Part shown: one piece after another, positions 1 through 9,305 of the stretch
Position numbering within the stretch: position 1 is the first letter of the stretch
Layout: each line of letters begins with the position of its first letter
From: an uncultured delta proteobacterium
GTDB lineage: Bacteria > Desulfobacterota > Desulfobacteria > Desulfobacterales > UBA11574
Length of the DNA stretch: 64,000 nucleotides
Direction: 5' to 3'
Assembly: GCA_963790095.1 (NCBI GenBank)
Contig: CAWBNO010000022.1
Coordinates: forward strand, 1,985 to 65,984
The notes under the pieces: model-generated
Told to the model about the DNA's origin: nothing
The model's input: the letters and a program-made list of their open reading frames with translations, nothing else
Databases searched by the model: none
Program-made: the position numbers and the translations under genes

Positions 1-3000
1 CCATATTTTTACGATATTTGGGCAGCATTTCATAAAAAGGCCGGTTGTTTTCAGTGGCATCATAGGTAAATAGTGCGACAAATTTATCGAGATCCTTGCT
101 TTCATAAGCTCTTGAATAGATGCGTAAAAATGATTTCAAACGCTCTTTCTGGGATTCTCCATCGGAAATCTCACTTTTTACGGCCAATGGCTCTTTTTCG
201 TTTCCGATCCCGGTCGATGGTGTGATTTCCTTCACTTTTTCTTTGGCCAATTTCGTTGTTTTAGATTCGGGCGTTGAAGCCGCCAGGGTATCCTTTTCCG
301 TCGATGCAGGGATCTCTATGACAGACGCCGTTTCCCCAACGGTGCTCTTTTTTGTTTCAATCGCTGATGCCTGCAGGTCCGTCGGCTTGGCGGCCGTTGA
401 TTTTTCCCGGGTAGAAGACGCCTTGGCCTTGGGTGAAACCGTTTCCCCTTGAACATCGGATTTGGTTTTTAAATCTTTTTTAGCCAAATGCTTGGGGGCT
501 TCTGTATTCTCAGGCAAAGCTCCGCCCTGATCCACAAGGATGATGGCCTTTTTCTTGTATTTTTCTAACCCCTCCAGGGCGGTTTCGACCTCTTCTTTGT
601 TGTTAAAAGGACCGATTCTGACTTTGTGCCAAGCCGCCTTTCCGGGTGACTTGCCCGAAACAAGGTATGCAGAAAATCCTTTGCTTTTAAGTTTTTTCAC
701 CAAATCTTCGGCAAAATCCCTGTCCCTGAATGCAGCAACCTGAATCGCGAGGCTTACCATGGGTTCAGACTTTTTTTCTAAACTTGGCGGCTCCTTTCTG
801 GGAACGGGTTCCGGTCTTTGGGCAGATTGTTCTTTGGGAGACGATACGGCTTCAGATTTAACTGCCGATTTTTCTTTCGTTGGGGATGCCGCCTTTACGA
901 CATCCGGCGTTTCCTTTAAAGTAAAAGTTCCCACAGCCGTATCGCTGGGTGTCCATCCGGGCATGTAGGCCCTGGCCTTAATGGTCGTTGTTTCTGCAAT
1001 CAGGATCGGTGATGTCACACCCGGTGATGCTTCAGTGGGATCCGTGTCGTCAAGGGTATAACGGATGATCGCGCCGTTGTCTGACGTGGAGATTTCCACC
1101 GATACCGGATCGGTGAAAATATGGGGAACATCCGGCGAGAATGCCGGTGCAGCCAGTTTAGGGGCATAGGTAACTTCTATGGAATCGATGGCCAGTTTTC
1201 CGTTCAGAGATTCGGCAACGACGGTAATGGGATTTATCCCTTTGTTCAAGGGCACTCTGAACGACCACGCTTCCATCGTCCCGATGTTGGCGGCTCCGGA
1301 ACTGCATGTCACGCTTTTAAGACCGGGGCCGTCTATATCGGCCGCACGCCCGGATACAAGGACAAAAGGTTCGGATGTAAATGCCGCTTCGGTTGTTGAG
1401 GGTTGCTGGATACTGATCATCGGTCCGGTATCGTCACGGACAAGGTATGCATAAGAGCCGGTTTCACTGTCAAAACCATGGAGGTCCAGGGCTTTAATTT
1501 TATAGTAAACGGTTCCAGCCCCCTGGGGTGGGATGGTTCCGATATACGTGGTGCCGGCAGAAGACATGTCCACCCGATTCCATGAACGACCGGCATCTGC
1601 GGAATAGAGCAAATCGGCGGACTGAACCCCTGAGGTGTCCGTTATCACGGCATTGACGTTTACCGACTCCTTTGACATTGGCGTGGTCGTCGAAAGGTAG
1701 GGTTTTTTAATTGCCGGCCGATCGTATACAAAAATTTTTGCACCGCCTTCGAGACTGCCGGTATTTCCGGCCTGGTCCACCGCATAAAAATCGACGGCAT
1801 GGAACCCCTCACCGGCTTCGCTGGAATTCCAACGATTGGCGAACAGACCGTCGCCGGGGTCTTTGTCTCCATGTTCTCCGTCATCGTACAGTTGAACCGT
1901 TGTCCCGGTATCGCCTTCCGACAGCCGGATTCTGGCCGTCACCTTTGACGTGTCGATGCCGGAATCCCCATCGAGCACACGGATGGAAAAATGGATCGGT
2001 GTTCCTTTGACACCGATGGCTGAACTGACATTGGGTTCGGTTAAAGTCGGCGGTGTGGCATCCGCCAGCCGATCCACCGTCATGGAAAAAGATGCGGAGT
2101 TCTTTAACGAATCTTCGGCCTCGACCAGAATGGTGTTCCCACCGTTTTTCAGAGAAATATTTTTTCTAAAAACACCGTCAGCTCCCAGGGCCAAGGCATC
2201 CGGTTCGCCGCCGTTCACGGAGACTCCGGCGGACCTGATATTATGGATGCCGACAATTTTCCCTTCGATCTCGGTGGAATCGGCGCTAAAAAATGCGTTG
2301 CTTTGGGGTGCGGCAATCTCAATTTTAGGACCGTTGAAAGTCGACTTCCCCAGGTTTCTTGCGGGCTGGATTTGATTCCCCTCGCTGCCCCCGAATACAA
2401 ACGATCCGGTTCCCGAAGTGCCGGTGGGGATGTGGGTCGCTGTCACCTTCACCCGCCTGGATTCATCGGTATTGATGGTAAACGTTCCAAAGGCCTTGCC
2501 GTTGGGATCGGTTTTCTGATCCGGGCCTTTTTCCCAGGCACAGCCCTCGGAAGGCTGTAAACGCCAGTTTACAGCCTCGCCGGCCACCGGTCGTTTTTCC
2601 GTAAAATACCCAAGGCTGGATATCACCTTAAAAGAATTTTTACCGGCAGAATGGAATTCCAGAGCGATACTTATGGGCTGTGACGTACAGCTTATGGCGG
2701 TGGTCACCGGAGGACCGTCCGGCGGAACGACGGTAACGGTCGCATTCCCGCTGGAACCCGGCGTGAAGATGATTTCGGCAATTCCCTGGGCGTTGGTCAC
2801 GACTTCTCCACCGGGAGGCGCAAAGACTCCCGGAAAACTCGTCTGGAATCGAACCGTCTCGCCGGCCAGAGGTTCCCCGTTTTTATCGTTTAACCGGGCG
2901 CTGATGGTTGCATGGTTGTCCTTTCCAACGCTTACGATGGATGGGCTGGACTCCACGGCAAACCGGATGCCCGAAGGCCGGCTCACCTTAAAAGAACCGT

Positions 3001-4342
3001 TGAGGGTTTGCTGCCGGCCGCCTTCCTGTTGAGAAACTTTGAAGGCGTAATAATGTTCTCCGGGCTTCAACCCCGTAAGACCGAAGTACGAGAAAACCTG
3101 TACCGGCGGCCCGGCGGTGAGTGGTATTGAAACCTCACTCACCAATTGGCCGTCAATCAATAGTTTTGCCGAACCCGGCGATCGATCAAAAGCACCTGGA
3201 AATGTTGCCACCACCGTATAGTTGTCATCCGGCCTGCCTTCGGATGGGACTACCCGGGTGTTCCCCTGCATGACTTGAGAATCTTTTTTATATTTAAAAT
3301 CTTTAATTACCATATCCGGCGCTGCCGGGGACACGGCGACAATCTCGGTAATATCCCCATCGTGTTCAGGGTGATGCACCGTAACGAAATAGGTGCCCGG
3401 CACGATTTGCCACAGGGAATACATCCCGTTGGCATTGGTTCTGGCAGAAAGCTTACCGTCTTTTGTACTTAAAACCGCTTCGGGGATCGGATTCCCGTCG
3501 CCGTCCTCTACCCTTCCGTAGAGTATCTTTGTCCCTGGAAAGAACTTTTTCAAAATGCCTTTTTTATCAAAGGGCGTCAGGTCTCGGACACCCGGATGCG
3601 CCATATCGTCCATCCCCCCCAACCATACCGGTCCGTCCTGGTCTTCCTGGAAACAGCGCACCTGGTTTTTGCACATCATCGAAGCACTGTTTCTATTGCA
3701 TGGCGGCGCCAGGCCGCATTCATCGGCATCTCCGTCAGGATATTCACAAAAGCCCAGGGCATGACCGATTTCTCTCATGGTCACTCGGATCACATCCCTT
3801 TGGGCTTCATCAAACAGGACCTTTTCTCCATCCAATACGCAAAACCACGGCGCTGTTTTTTTATGAAAAAAAATTCTTGCTCGGTGACCCTTGTCCGCGT
3901 CAGCCGGATCCCCAGATTCTGGAAAACGACACGCTGAATTGCAATCGTCAAATATGGTGAAGCCGAGTGCTTCCGGCATGTATTCGGAAAACAGATTGCC
4001 GATGTCGTTCTCATCCAAACACAGCTTTTTATCCTGGATGGAAATGCCGGGTCCCTTCACCGACCAGCCTTCAAAAATGATGTCCGCTTCTTCGGGGTTG
4101 TTTGCCGGCGTAAATTTGATGCTCCCGCCGGTTGCAGCCTCCCAGACTTTACAGGCCGTGACGACCGCTTCTTTGGCCTTGGCCAAATCAGGGTCGATCT
4201 CTTTTCCCAGAGGATTTTCTCCGCTAAAAAATTGTTCTGAAAAAATATACTTAAATTCAACAACGCCGTTGGCCAGGGATGGAGCGGTATTGAGGAGAAG
4301 GAAGGTGGAAATAAACAATACGATATGGGCTGTTTTCGACAT
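1..4342 (-). CDS. Giant secreted multidomain protein, C-terminus runs off the left edge (>=1447 aa in window): signal peptide, metzincin-like domain with degenerate motif, CarboxypepD_reg-like, Ig-like repeats, CHB_HEX_C-like, SPOR, low-complexity linker, NTF2/SnoaL-like C-terminal domain
   Basis: My own minus-strand translation from ATG at 4342 (AAGGA 6 nt upstream) gives MSKTAHIVLFISTFLLLNTAPSLANG... and stays open to position 1. It is absent from the track only because no stop lies in the window; every minus ORF the track lists here is in another frame. Motifs read: MREIGHALGF, SPOR-like SLAIQVAAFRDRDFAEDLVKKLKSKGF, C-terminal ERLKSFLRIYSRAYESKDLDKF. Confidence 0.8.
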   Translation of the reverse strand, partial: MSKTAHIVLFISTFLLLNTAPSLANGVVEFKYIFSEQFFSGENPLGKEIDPDLAKAKEAVVTACKVWEAATGGSIKFTPANNPEEADIIFEGWSVKGPGISIQDKKLCLDENDIGNLFSEYMPEALGFTIFDDCNSACRFPESGDPADADKGHRARIFFHKKTAPWFCVLDGEKVLFDEAQRDVIRVTMREIGHALGFCEYPDGDADECGLAPPCNRNSASMMCKNQVRCFQEDQDGPVWLGGMDDMAHPGVRDLTPFDKKGILKKFFPGTKILYGRVEDGDGNPIPEAVLSTKDGKLSARTNANGMYSLWQIVPGTYFVTVHHPEHDGDITEIVAVSPAAPDMVIKDFKYKKDSQVMQGNTRVVPSEGRPDDNYTVVATFPGAFDRSPGSAKLLIDGQLVSEVSIPLTAGPPVQVFSYFGLTGLKPGEHYYAFKVSQQEGGRQQTLNGSFKVSRPSGIRFAVESSPSIVSVGKDNHATISARLNDKNGEPLAGETVRFQTSFPGVFAPPGGEVVTNAQGIAEIIFTPGSSGNATVTVVPPDGPPVTTAISCTSQPISIALEFHSAGKNSFKVISSLGYFTEKRPVAGEAVNWRLQPSEGCAWEKGPDQKTDPNGKAFGTFTINTDESRRVKVTATHIPTGTSGTGSFVFGGSEGNQIQPARNLGKSTFNGPKIEIAAPQSNAFFSADSTEIEGKIVGIHNIRSAGVSVNGGEPDALALGADGVFRKNISLKNGGNTILVEAEDSLKNSASFSMTVDRLADATPPTLTEPNVSSAIGVKGTPIHFSIRVLDGDSGIDTSKVTARIRLSEGDTGTTVQLYDDGEHGDKDPGDGLFANRWNSSEAGEGFHAVDFYAVDQAGNTGSLEGGAKIFVYDRPAIKKPYLSTTTPMSKESVNVNAVITDTSGVQSADLLYSADAGRSWNRVDMSSAGTTYIGTIPPQGAGTVYYKIKALDLHGFDSETGSYAYLVRDDTGPMISIQQPSTTEAAFTSEPFVLVSGRAADIDGPGLKSVTCSSGAANIGTMEAWSFRVPLNKGINPITVVAESLNGKLAIDSIEVTYAPKLAAPAFSPDVPHIFTDPVSVEISTSDNGAIIRYTLDDTDPTEASPGVTSPILIAETTTIKARAYMPGWTPSDTAVGTFTLKETPDVVKAASPTKEKSAVKSEAVSSPKEQSAQRPEPVPRKEPPSLEKKSEPMVSLAIQVAAFRDRDFAEDLVKKLKSKGFSAYLVSGKSPGKAAWHKVRIGPFNNKEEVETALEGLEKYKKKAIILVDQGGALPENTEAPKHLAKKDLKTKSDVQGETVSPKAKASSTREKSTAAKPTDLQASAIETKKSTVGETASVIEIPASTEKDTLAASTPESKTTKLAKEKVKEITPSTGIGNEKEPLAVKSEISDGESQKERLKSFLRIYSRAYESKDLDKFVALFTYDATENNRPFYEMLPKYRKNM

Positions 4343-4463
4343 GAGTATCCTTGTAAACGTTCAGGGTTCACGGTTCAAAGGTTCTAGAGTTACTCAGAAC
4401 GGGTTCCATGGTTGTAACAGCTTGACATCGCCAACATTTAAACTTGATGTTTGTATAGGCCAC

Positions 4464-4482
4464 TTTCACCCATTGGGTGAAA
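4464..4482. promoter_or_regulatory. 19-bp perfect palindrome TTTCACCCA-T-TGGGTGAAA upstream of the giant gene
   Basis: Read directly. It lies about 120-140 nt upstream of the ATG at 4342 on the minus strand. No binding protein is known. Confidence 0.25.
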
Positions 4483-4759
4483 TAGCATTTCTGTCCCTCA
4501 GAATATAAAATCCTTTTTGCATGCGCTGGTTAGAACTACAGCGACCTTTTATTGCTAACCATCTGAAATTTAATCTAAATTATATTCGGATTTTTTGAAT
4601 TGTCATTCCCGCAAAACCGAGAATCCAGTTTGTTTTCAGATATTATTGGGGTTCTGGAGCGCCATCGCGGGGAGCATGACGTTAAAGAGTGACTTTGAAG
4701 TATAAGATCTCTGCCGTCTGGTTTTCGGAATAAACCGATGGAACCGGTAAACATTCGCG

Positions 4760-5341
4760 TTATTCACCATAATTAAGCTGCTGTACCAGGAATGAATCGC
4801 CGTGCGCTACGAGCTCCATGGAAATATCCCCGCTGTTATCTTTCCAGGATCCTCCGTGCAACAGGTACTGGGTGAAGAATTTTCCCTGGATCCGGATGTT
4901 TCCGGTGTCAGGTTGTGTAGAATAGGCTAAAATTTCAATCCGGTACTTAAACGAATCGATCATCTCCATATTTTTTCGGTACGAGGGCATCAACTCCTGA
5001 AATGGCTGGTTGTTTTCGGAAGCGTCCGGCGCAAAAAAGGTGAAAAATTTATCAAGATTTTTGTTTTCGTAGGCTTGGCAATAGGTGTTCAAAAAAGTTC
5101 TCAGACGATCCGCAGTATCCTCTTTTTCAAGGACATTCTCTTTGGAGGCCACAAGGGTCTGTTCTGTATCCGTTTCAGACGGTATCTTTTCAACCGCAAC
5201 CGCTGATGGCGTGTCCGTTTCAGGTGCCGAAGAAATTTCACCGAAAACCGAGGATGCTTCATCAGATGGGGTCGCAGCCGTTTCCCGGGCCTCGGCGGAA
5301 GTTGCAGAACTATCTGGAGCAGCTGGGGATTCTTTGACCTT
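4760..5341 (-). CDS. NTF2/SnoaL-like domain segment; probably the frameshifted C-terminal part of the 5340..6422 gene
   Basis: Track ORF 4760..5530. Only the part after ...KVKESPAAPDSS reads like protein; the N-terminal 63 aa are an out-of-frame reading of the upstream ORF. There is no ATG, and only one GTG without an SD (5152) that could serve as an independent start. The C-terminal domain is paralogous to the end of the giant protein. Confidence 0.55.
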   Translation of the reverse strand, partial: KVKESPAAPDSSATSAEARETAATPSDEASSVFGEISSAPETDTPSAVAVEKIPSETDTEQTLVASKENVLEKEDTADRLRTFLNTYCQAYENKNLDKFFTFFAPDASENNQPFQELMPSYRKNMEMIDSFKYRIEILAYSTQPDTGNIRIQGKFFTQYLLHGGSWKDNSGDISMELVAHGDSFLVQQLNYGE

Positions 5342-6422
5342 AGACCTCCGGTACTGCCTCCTTATCAGCTTCAGGGGCCGCTGCTGCCGGCAGGTCACTT
5401 CCGGATTCGGCAGGCGCCGCTTCCACGGACGATTTTCCCAAAGCCATTGTTTCTTCTGTTCGGGCTTCTGATGTTTGGTCGAGCTGCGGGGTTTCGATTT
5501 TTCCATCTTGAGATACGTTAGAAGCAGCACCGGCCTTCACGGCTTCTTTAGCAGCAGATTCATTGGATGTTTCTTTAATCTCGAGTTCGGGGGTTTTCTC
5601 TGTTTTAGTTTCCGTCCCTGTAGCCTGCAACTTCTCCCCGGCAGGAGCAGGCAGTTCCAATTTAACCGCCGGTTTCTCTTCCGCAGGTTCGACGCTTGCT
5701 TTGTCCTTTAATGAAGGTTGGATCTTCGGACTGCCGGTCTTTTGCTTTTCCGGCGCAGAAGGAATTTTATCGGCAATGGCTGCTGCCATTAGAGCAGATT
5801 CGGGTTTTGGCGCTTGCTTAACCTCAGCATCAGGGGCTTTTTTGGTTTCAGTATCATCTGCGGACGCCGACAGGCTATCGTCACCAGGTGCAACGGGCGC
5901 TTTTTTAACCGCTGTTTTTTCAACCACGGGGGTCTCTTTTTCCTCGGCTTTTGGAGCGGGTTTGATCTGGGTCCTCGGGACCATTGGTTTTTCTATGGCC
6001 GAAGGCGTCTCGCCGGTTACCGATGGGACGTTGACAAGGGGGGGTGAATCCGCCTTTGAATTTTCCTCCTGAACCGGAGAAGGCCGGTCAGGGGTTTCTT
6101 TGGGTGCTGAAGATGCCTCCGCCTCCTCGACGGTCTGGTCAGAAGGAACGGGCTGATAATGTATGGAATGTGTTTCGGTTTGGGCCGTTTCTTTTTGAGC
6201 CAGTTTTATGGCTGTTGTCTTTTTTTGGACACTCTGATAGAAGAAATATCCGCCGATGATGAGCACCAAAGCTAAGCCGACTGCAAATACGGGGATCATC
6301 CTGCCGGGTTGCCGTTCTGATTTTTTTTCAACATCTGTTTTTACGGCTTTTGGCGGTTCAGGTGCTGTCTTTTCCTCTGTCCTTGACGCCAACGGCTGGT
6401 TTTGCCGGAGGTTTTTCCACAT
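5340..6422 (-). CDS. Single-pass membrane protein with a long K/E/P/A/T-rich low-complexity region (N-terminal part of a frameshift-split gene)
   Basis: 360-aa ORF with TM helix MIPVFAVGLALVLIIGGYFF. It stops at TAA 5342..5340 exactly where the other frame becomes protein-like. Confidence 0.6.
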   Translation of the reverse strand: MWKNLRQNQPLASRTEEKTAPEPPKAVKTDVEKKSERQPGRMIPVFAVGLALVLIIGGYFFYQSVQKKTTAIKLAQKETAQTETHSIHYQPVPSDQTVEEAEASSAPKETPDRPSPVQEENSKADSPPLVNVPSVTGETPSAIEKPMVPRTQIKPAPKAEEKETPVVEKTAVKKAPVAPGDDSLSASADDTETKKAPDAEVKQAPKPESALMAAAIADKIPSAPEKQKTGSPKIQPSLKDKASVEPAEEKPAVKLELPAPAGEKLQATGTETKTEKTPELEIKETSNESAAKEAVKAGAASNVSQDGKIETPQLDQTSEARTEETMALGKSSVEAAPAESGSDLPAAAAPEADKEAVPEV

Positions 6423-6828
6423 CCTCCGGTTTTATGGCTTTAATCTCTTCCGTATATTCCCACATCATATTGAGTTCGGTCATGATGCTTGTTCGTTCAT
6501 GGAATTTTGCTTCATTTCTGCGATGTTCGAGTTCTGCAATCTTTTTCTGAGCATATTCGACACCCTGTTGGACCTGGCCATTGGGGTCAAGATTCGCATC
6601 CGGCATACCGATCAATTGGACAATCTGTTCCTGAGAGTAACCGACGACCACACAATGCAAGATCAGTTTCAACCGTGCACGATCATAGATGCTGTAAACG
6701 CGACGGGTCAATATGGAACTCCTTGGCGATATAAGCCCTTTTTCCTCACAGAAACGGATATGACTCTTTTTAACGTCAAATTCTTTTGCAAGTTCAGAAA
6801 TGGTAAAATAGCGTTCAGTATTACTCAT
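6358..6828 (-). CDS. MerR-family transcriptional regulator
   Basis: N-terminal HTH FTISELAKEFDVKKSHIRFCEEKGLISP...RVYS is typical of MerR. It heads the minus-strand gene string. Confidence 0.8.
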   Translation of the reverse strand: MSNTERYFTISELAKEFDVKKSHIRFCEEKGLISPRSSILTRRVYSIYDRARLKLILHCVVVGYSQEQIVQLIGMPDANLDPNGQVQQGVEYAQKKIAELEHRRNEAKFHERTSIMTELNMMWEYTEEIKAIKPEDVEKPPAKPAVGVKDRGKDST

Positions 6829-6970
6829 GGTGTCACCAATATCCTCCCGATTCTTGCATGCAAAATTTCAAATTCATGGACAGGAAATGTCAAGCTGATA
6901 TTAAAAACACGGGATTCAGCGTGTTTTCAGAATCTGGCACCCGTTGCAAATACGAATTTTAACCGCCCAA

Positions 6971-6999
6971 TATATAGAACAAATCCGTTTGCATGTCAA
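6971..6999 (-). promoter_or_regulatory. Sigma70-like promoter candidate TTGACA-N17-TATATA reading toward merR
   Basis: The minus strand reads TTGACAtgcaaacggatttgttcTATATA, about 145-170 nt upstream of the merR ATG. Motif match only. Confidence 0.3.
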
Positions 7000-7027
7000 A
7001 ATAAAATAAGTTATACGCAGGTCAAAT

Positions 7028-7346
7028 GTAACTACTCAGGTGGATAGACTGAAGGTTGAAGGCTTTTAGGGACAAATCATGCGCGATCACACAAAAATTT
7101 GGGCATTTGAGCTGGCTGACGAGGTAGCAGTATTGGTTTATCGGGTGACCGCAGGGTTTCCGAGAGAAGAGTTGTATGGTCTAACTTCTCAAATGCGGCG
7201 AGCAGCGGTTTCGGTTTCTTCTAACATCGTTGAAGGTTGCGCACGTGACAGTCAGGCAGATTATCTTGTAGGTGAGTAGACTGAAGACTGTTAGATCACT
7301 TCAGCCTTCAGTCTTCAGTCTTCAACCTAAATACCTGAGTAGTTAC
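7028..7346. repeat. Hairpin cassette (singleton S1): 14-bp perfect terminal inverted repeat GTAACTACTCAGGT/ACCTGAGTAGTTAC plus CTGAAG-type repeat arms, enclosing a truncated gene
   Basis: Left arm gtaactactcaggtggatagactgaaggttgaaggc. Right arm gccttcagtcttcagtcttcaacctaaatacctgagtagttac. Confidence 0.8.
7079..7279 (+). pseudogene. Truncated four-helix-bundle protein (23S rRNA intervening-sequence protein family, PF05635-like)
   Basis: The 66-aa ORF carries ...FPREELYGLTSQMRRAAVSVSSNIVEG, the conserved first half of the family. It ends inside the right hairpin arm at about half the usual length. Confidence 0.65.
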
Positions 7347-7404
7347 AAAAGATCTTTAATTTCAACCAATTAAAAAAATTTCGAGACGTTAATAACACCT
7401 TTTT

Positions 7405-9303
7405 ATGAAATCAACCGTCTGCATTCTCCTTGTGAGTGTCATCGCTTTTTTCTGGGCGTGCGGCCCAAGGCCGATCCCCCCGCCCCAGCCTGTGGAATTC
7501 CATCCAGGAACCCCACTCTTTTCAAAGGCTGAAAAATTGTTCCAGAAAAAAGAATATGAGAATGCCCTGGAACTTTACAATGAATACATTTCAAATTTTC
7601 CAAAAGGATATCTGGCAGCCGAAGCGCTGATGAAAATTGGATTGATCCAGACAGCTTTGGGAGAAAATGACGCCGCACGGAAAATCTATGAACAGATAAT
7701 TGACAGATATCCCGACAGCTTTTTTGCCCTTACCGCCAAAGTGGAGATTCTCACGACCTTATCCAATGAAGGAAAATATCAACAGGTTATCCGTCGGGCG
7801 GGAGTCATTATTAAATCAACGAATTCCAAGGCATACCTTCTTAGAACATACATTCTTCTGGGTGATTCATATCTTGCCACCGGCTTTGCCGTAGATGCGT
7901 TAGACAGCTATCTTTCGGCATATAAAAAAGCGGCTGAAGAAGAAAAAGAGAATCTATACCCCAAGATAGAATGGGCCGCAAAAGATGCTGACCCCAAATC
8001 CATAGTTCGGCTTTTGACTCGAATGGGCACTGAGCTGCCGGCAGATGACCTTATCTATAGACTGGGCGTAAAAAAGTATGAATGGAAAAAATACGAAGAT
8101 TCCGTCAGCCTGTTATCGGTTTTTGTGGAACAATTCCCGAAACATCCCCATGTGGTCCCGGCAGAGGACTTAATCCAAGAAATCAACGAAAAGTTCACCT
8201 TCAACCATAACACCCTGGGATGTTTGCTCCCCCTCAGCGGCCCCTACGAAACTTATGGCCATAAAATATTGAATTGCATCGAACTTGCCCGGTTTCAGTT
8301 TAATGTTATACACAACCATTCTCCAATAAGATTAATTATAAAAGATACAGAATCTGATCCTGAAAAAGCTGCTCTGGCCGTACGAGAACTCTCCGAAGAG
8401 AGAGTCGGCGCCATTATCGGACCTGTGGCCGCACATGAAGCCCCAGCGGCAGCGGCCCAGGAAAAAAGGATTCCCATCATTACATTCAGCCAGAAAGAAA
8501 ATATCACAACCATCGGCGACTATGTTTTCAGGAATTTCATTACCCCTAAAATGCAGGTCGAATCACTCGTATCGTATGCAATGGGCGTTCTTGGACTCAG
8601 CCGTTTCGCCGTTCTTTATCCCAACGAGAAATATGGCAAAACCTTTGCAGAACTATTCCAGGACGAAGTCGATGCTTATGGCGGTGAAATTGTCAAGGTC
8701 GAGACGTATGATCCGGATCAGACGGATTTTGCAGACCCCATAAAAAAGCTTGCAGAATCGGATATGGCGTTCATCGAACGCCCGGATGAAAAAATGGTCG
8801 GTCCGGAGATTGAACAGATCAAACCCATCATCGATTTTGACGCGATATTTATTCCTGACGGGCCCAAAACATCCGGACTCATTCTCCCCCAATTGGCCTT
8901 TTACGATGTGGTGGGCATACAACTTCTGGGGACCAACCTTTGGCATTCCCATCGACTGATCCAAATGGCACAACAATTTGTCCAGGGCGCTATAATGGTC
9001 GACGGATTTTTTGCGGAAAGCCGTTCAAAGAAGGTAGAGGATTTTGTCAATTTATTTGAAGAGACTTTCGACGATAAACCCGGATTCATCGAAGCCGTGG
9101 CGTATGATACGGCAATGATATTGTTTAATCTGGTCAGCAGAAATGATATCCAATCGAGAAGCCAAATCAAAGATGAAATATTGAATCTTCGAAACTTCCA
9201 CGGCCTAACCGGAGTTACTTCTTTCGACCCCACCGGAAATGCTCAAAAAAAGCTCTATATATTACAAATAGAAAAGGACCATTTTATAGAGCTGGAAAAG
9301 TAA
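7405..9303 (+). CDS. Lipoprotein with N-terminal TPR repeats fused to a type-I periplasmic-binding-protein (Leu/Ile/Val-binding-like) domain
   Basis: 632-aa ORF with a lipobox-like signal LLVSVIAFFWAC, a TPR-like N-terminus and a C-terminal two-thirds resembling LivK/Peripla_BP_6. Confidence 0.7.
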   Translation: MKSTVCILLVSVIAFFWACGPRPIPPPQPVEFHPGTPLFSKAEKLFQKKEYENALELYNEYISNFPKGYLAAEALMKIGLIQTALGENDAARKIYEQIIDRYPDSFFALTAKVEILTTLSNEGKYQQVIRRAGVIIKSTNSKAYLLRTYILLGDSYLATGFAVDALDSYLSAYKKAAEEEKENLYPKIEWAAKDADPKSIVRLLTRMGTELPADDLIYRLGVKKYEWKKYEDSVSLLSVFVEQFPKHPHVVPAEDLIQEINEKFTFNHNTLGCLLPLSGPYETYGHKILNCIELARFQFNVIHNHSPIRLIIKDTESDPEKAALAVRELSEERVGAIIGPVAAHEAPAAAAQEKRIPIITFSQKENITTIGDYVFRNFITPKMQVESLVSYAMGVLGLSRFAVLYPNEKYGKTFAELFQDEVDAYGGEIVKVETYDPDQTDFADPIKKLAESDMAFIERPDEKMVGPEIEQIKPIIDFDAIFIPDGPKTSGLILPQLAFYDVVGIQLLGTNLWHSHRLIQMAQQFVQGAIMVDGFFAESRSKKVEDFVNLFEETFDDKPGFIEAVAYDTAMILFNLVSRNDIQSRSQIKDEILNLRNFHGLTGVTSFDPTGNAQKKLYILQIEKDHFIELEK

Positions 9304-9305
9304 AT

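Noticed and set aside
6904-6927. 8-bp stem AAAACACG/CGTGTTTT in the merR leader, considered as an attenuator
   Set aside because: The orientation is ambiguous because the T-run is part of the stem, and there is no supporting evidence. It is only noted here.
6934-6947. TGGCACCCGTTGCA, which resembles a sigma-54 -24/-12 promoter
   Set aside because: The GG-to-GC spacing is two nucleotides shorter than in the consensus TGGCAC-N5-TTGC, so it should not function as such.
6256-7047. 263-aa plus-strand ORF
   Set aside because: It runs antisense across merR and the start of the membrane-protein gene. It is Phe/Cys-rich with no domain-like pattern.
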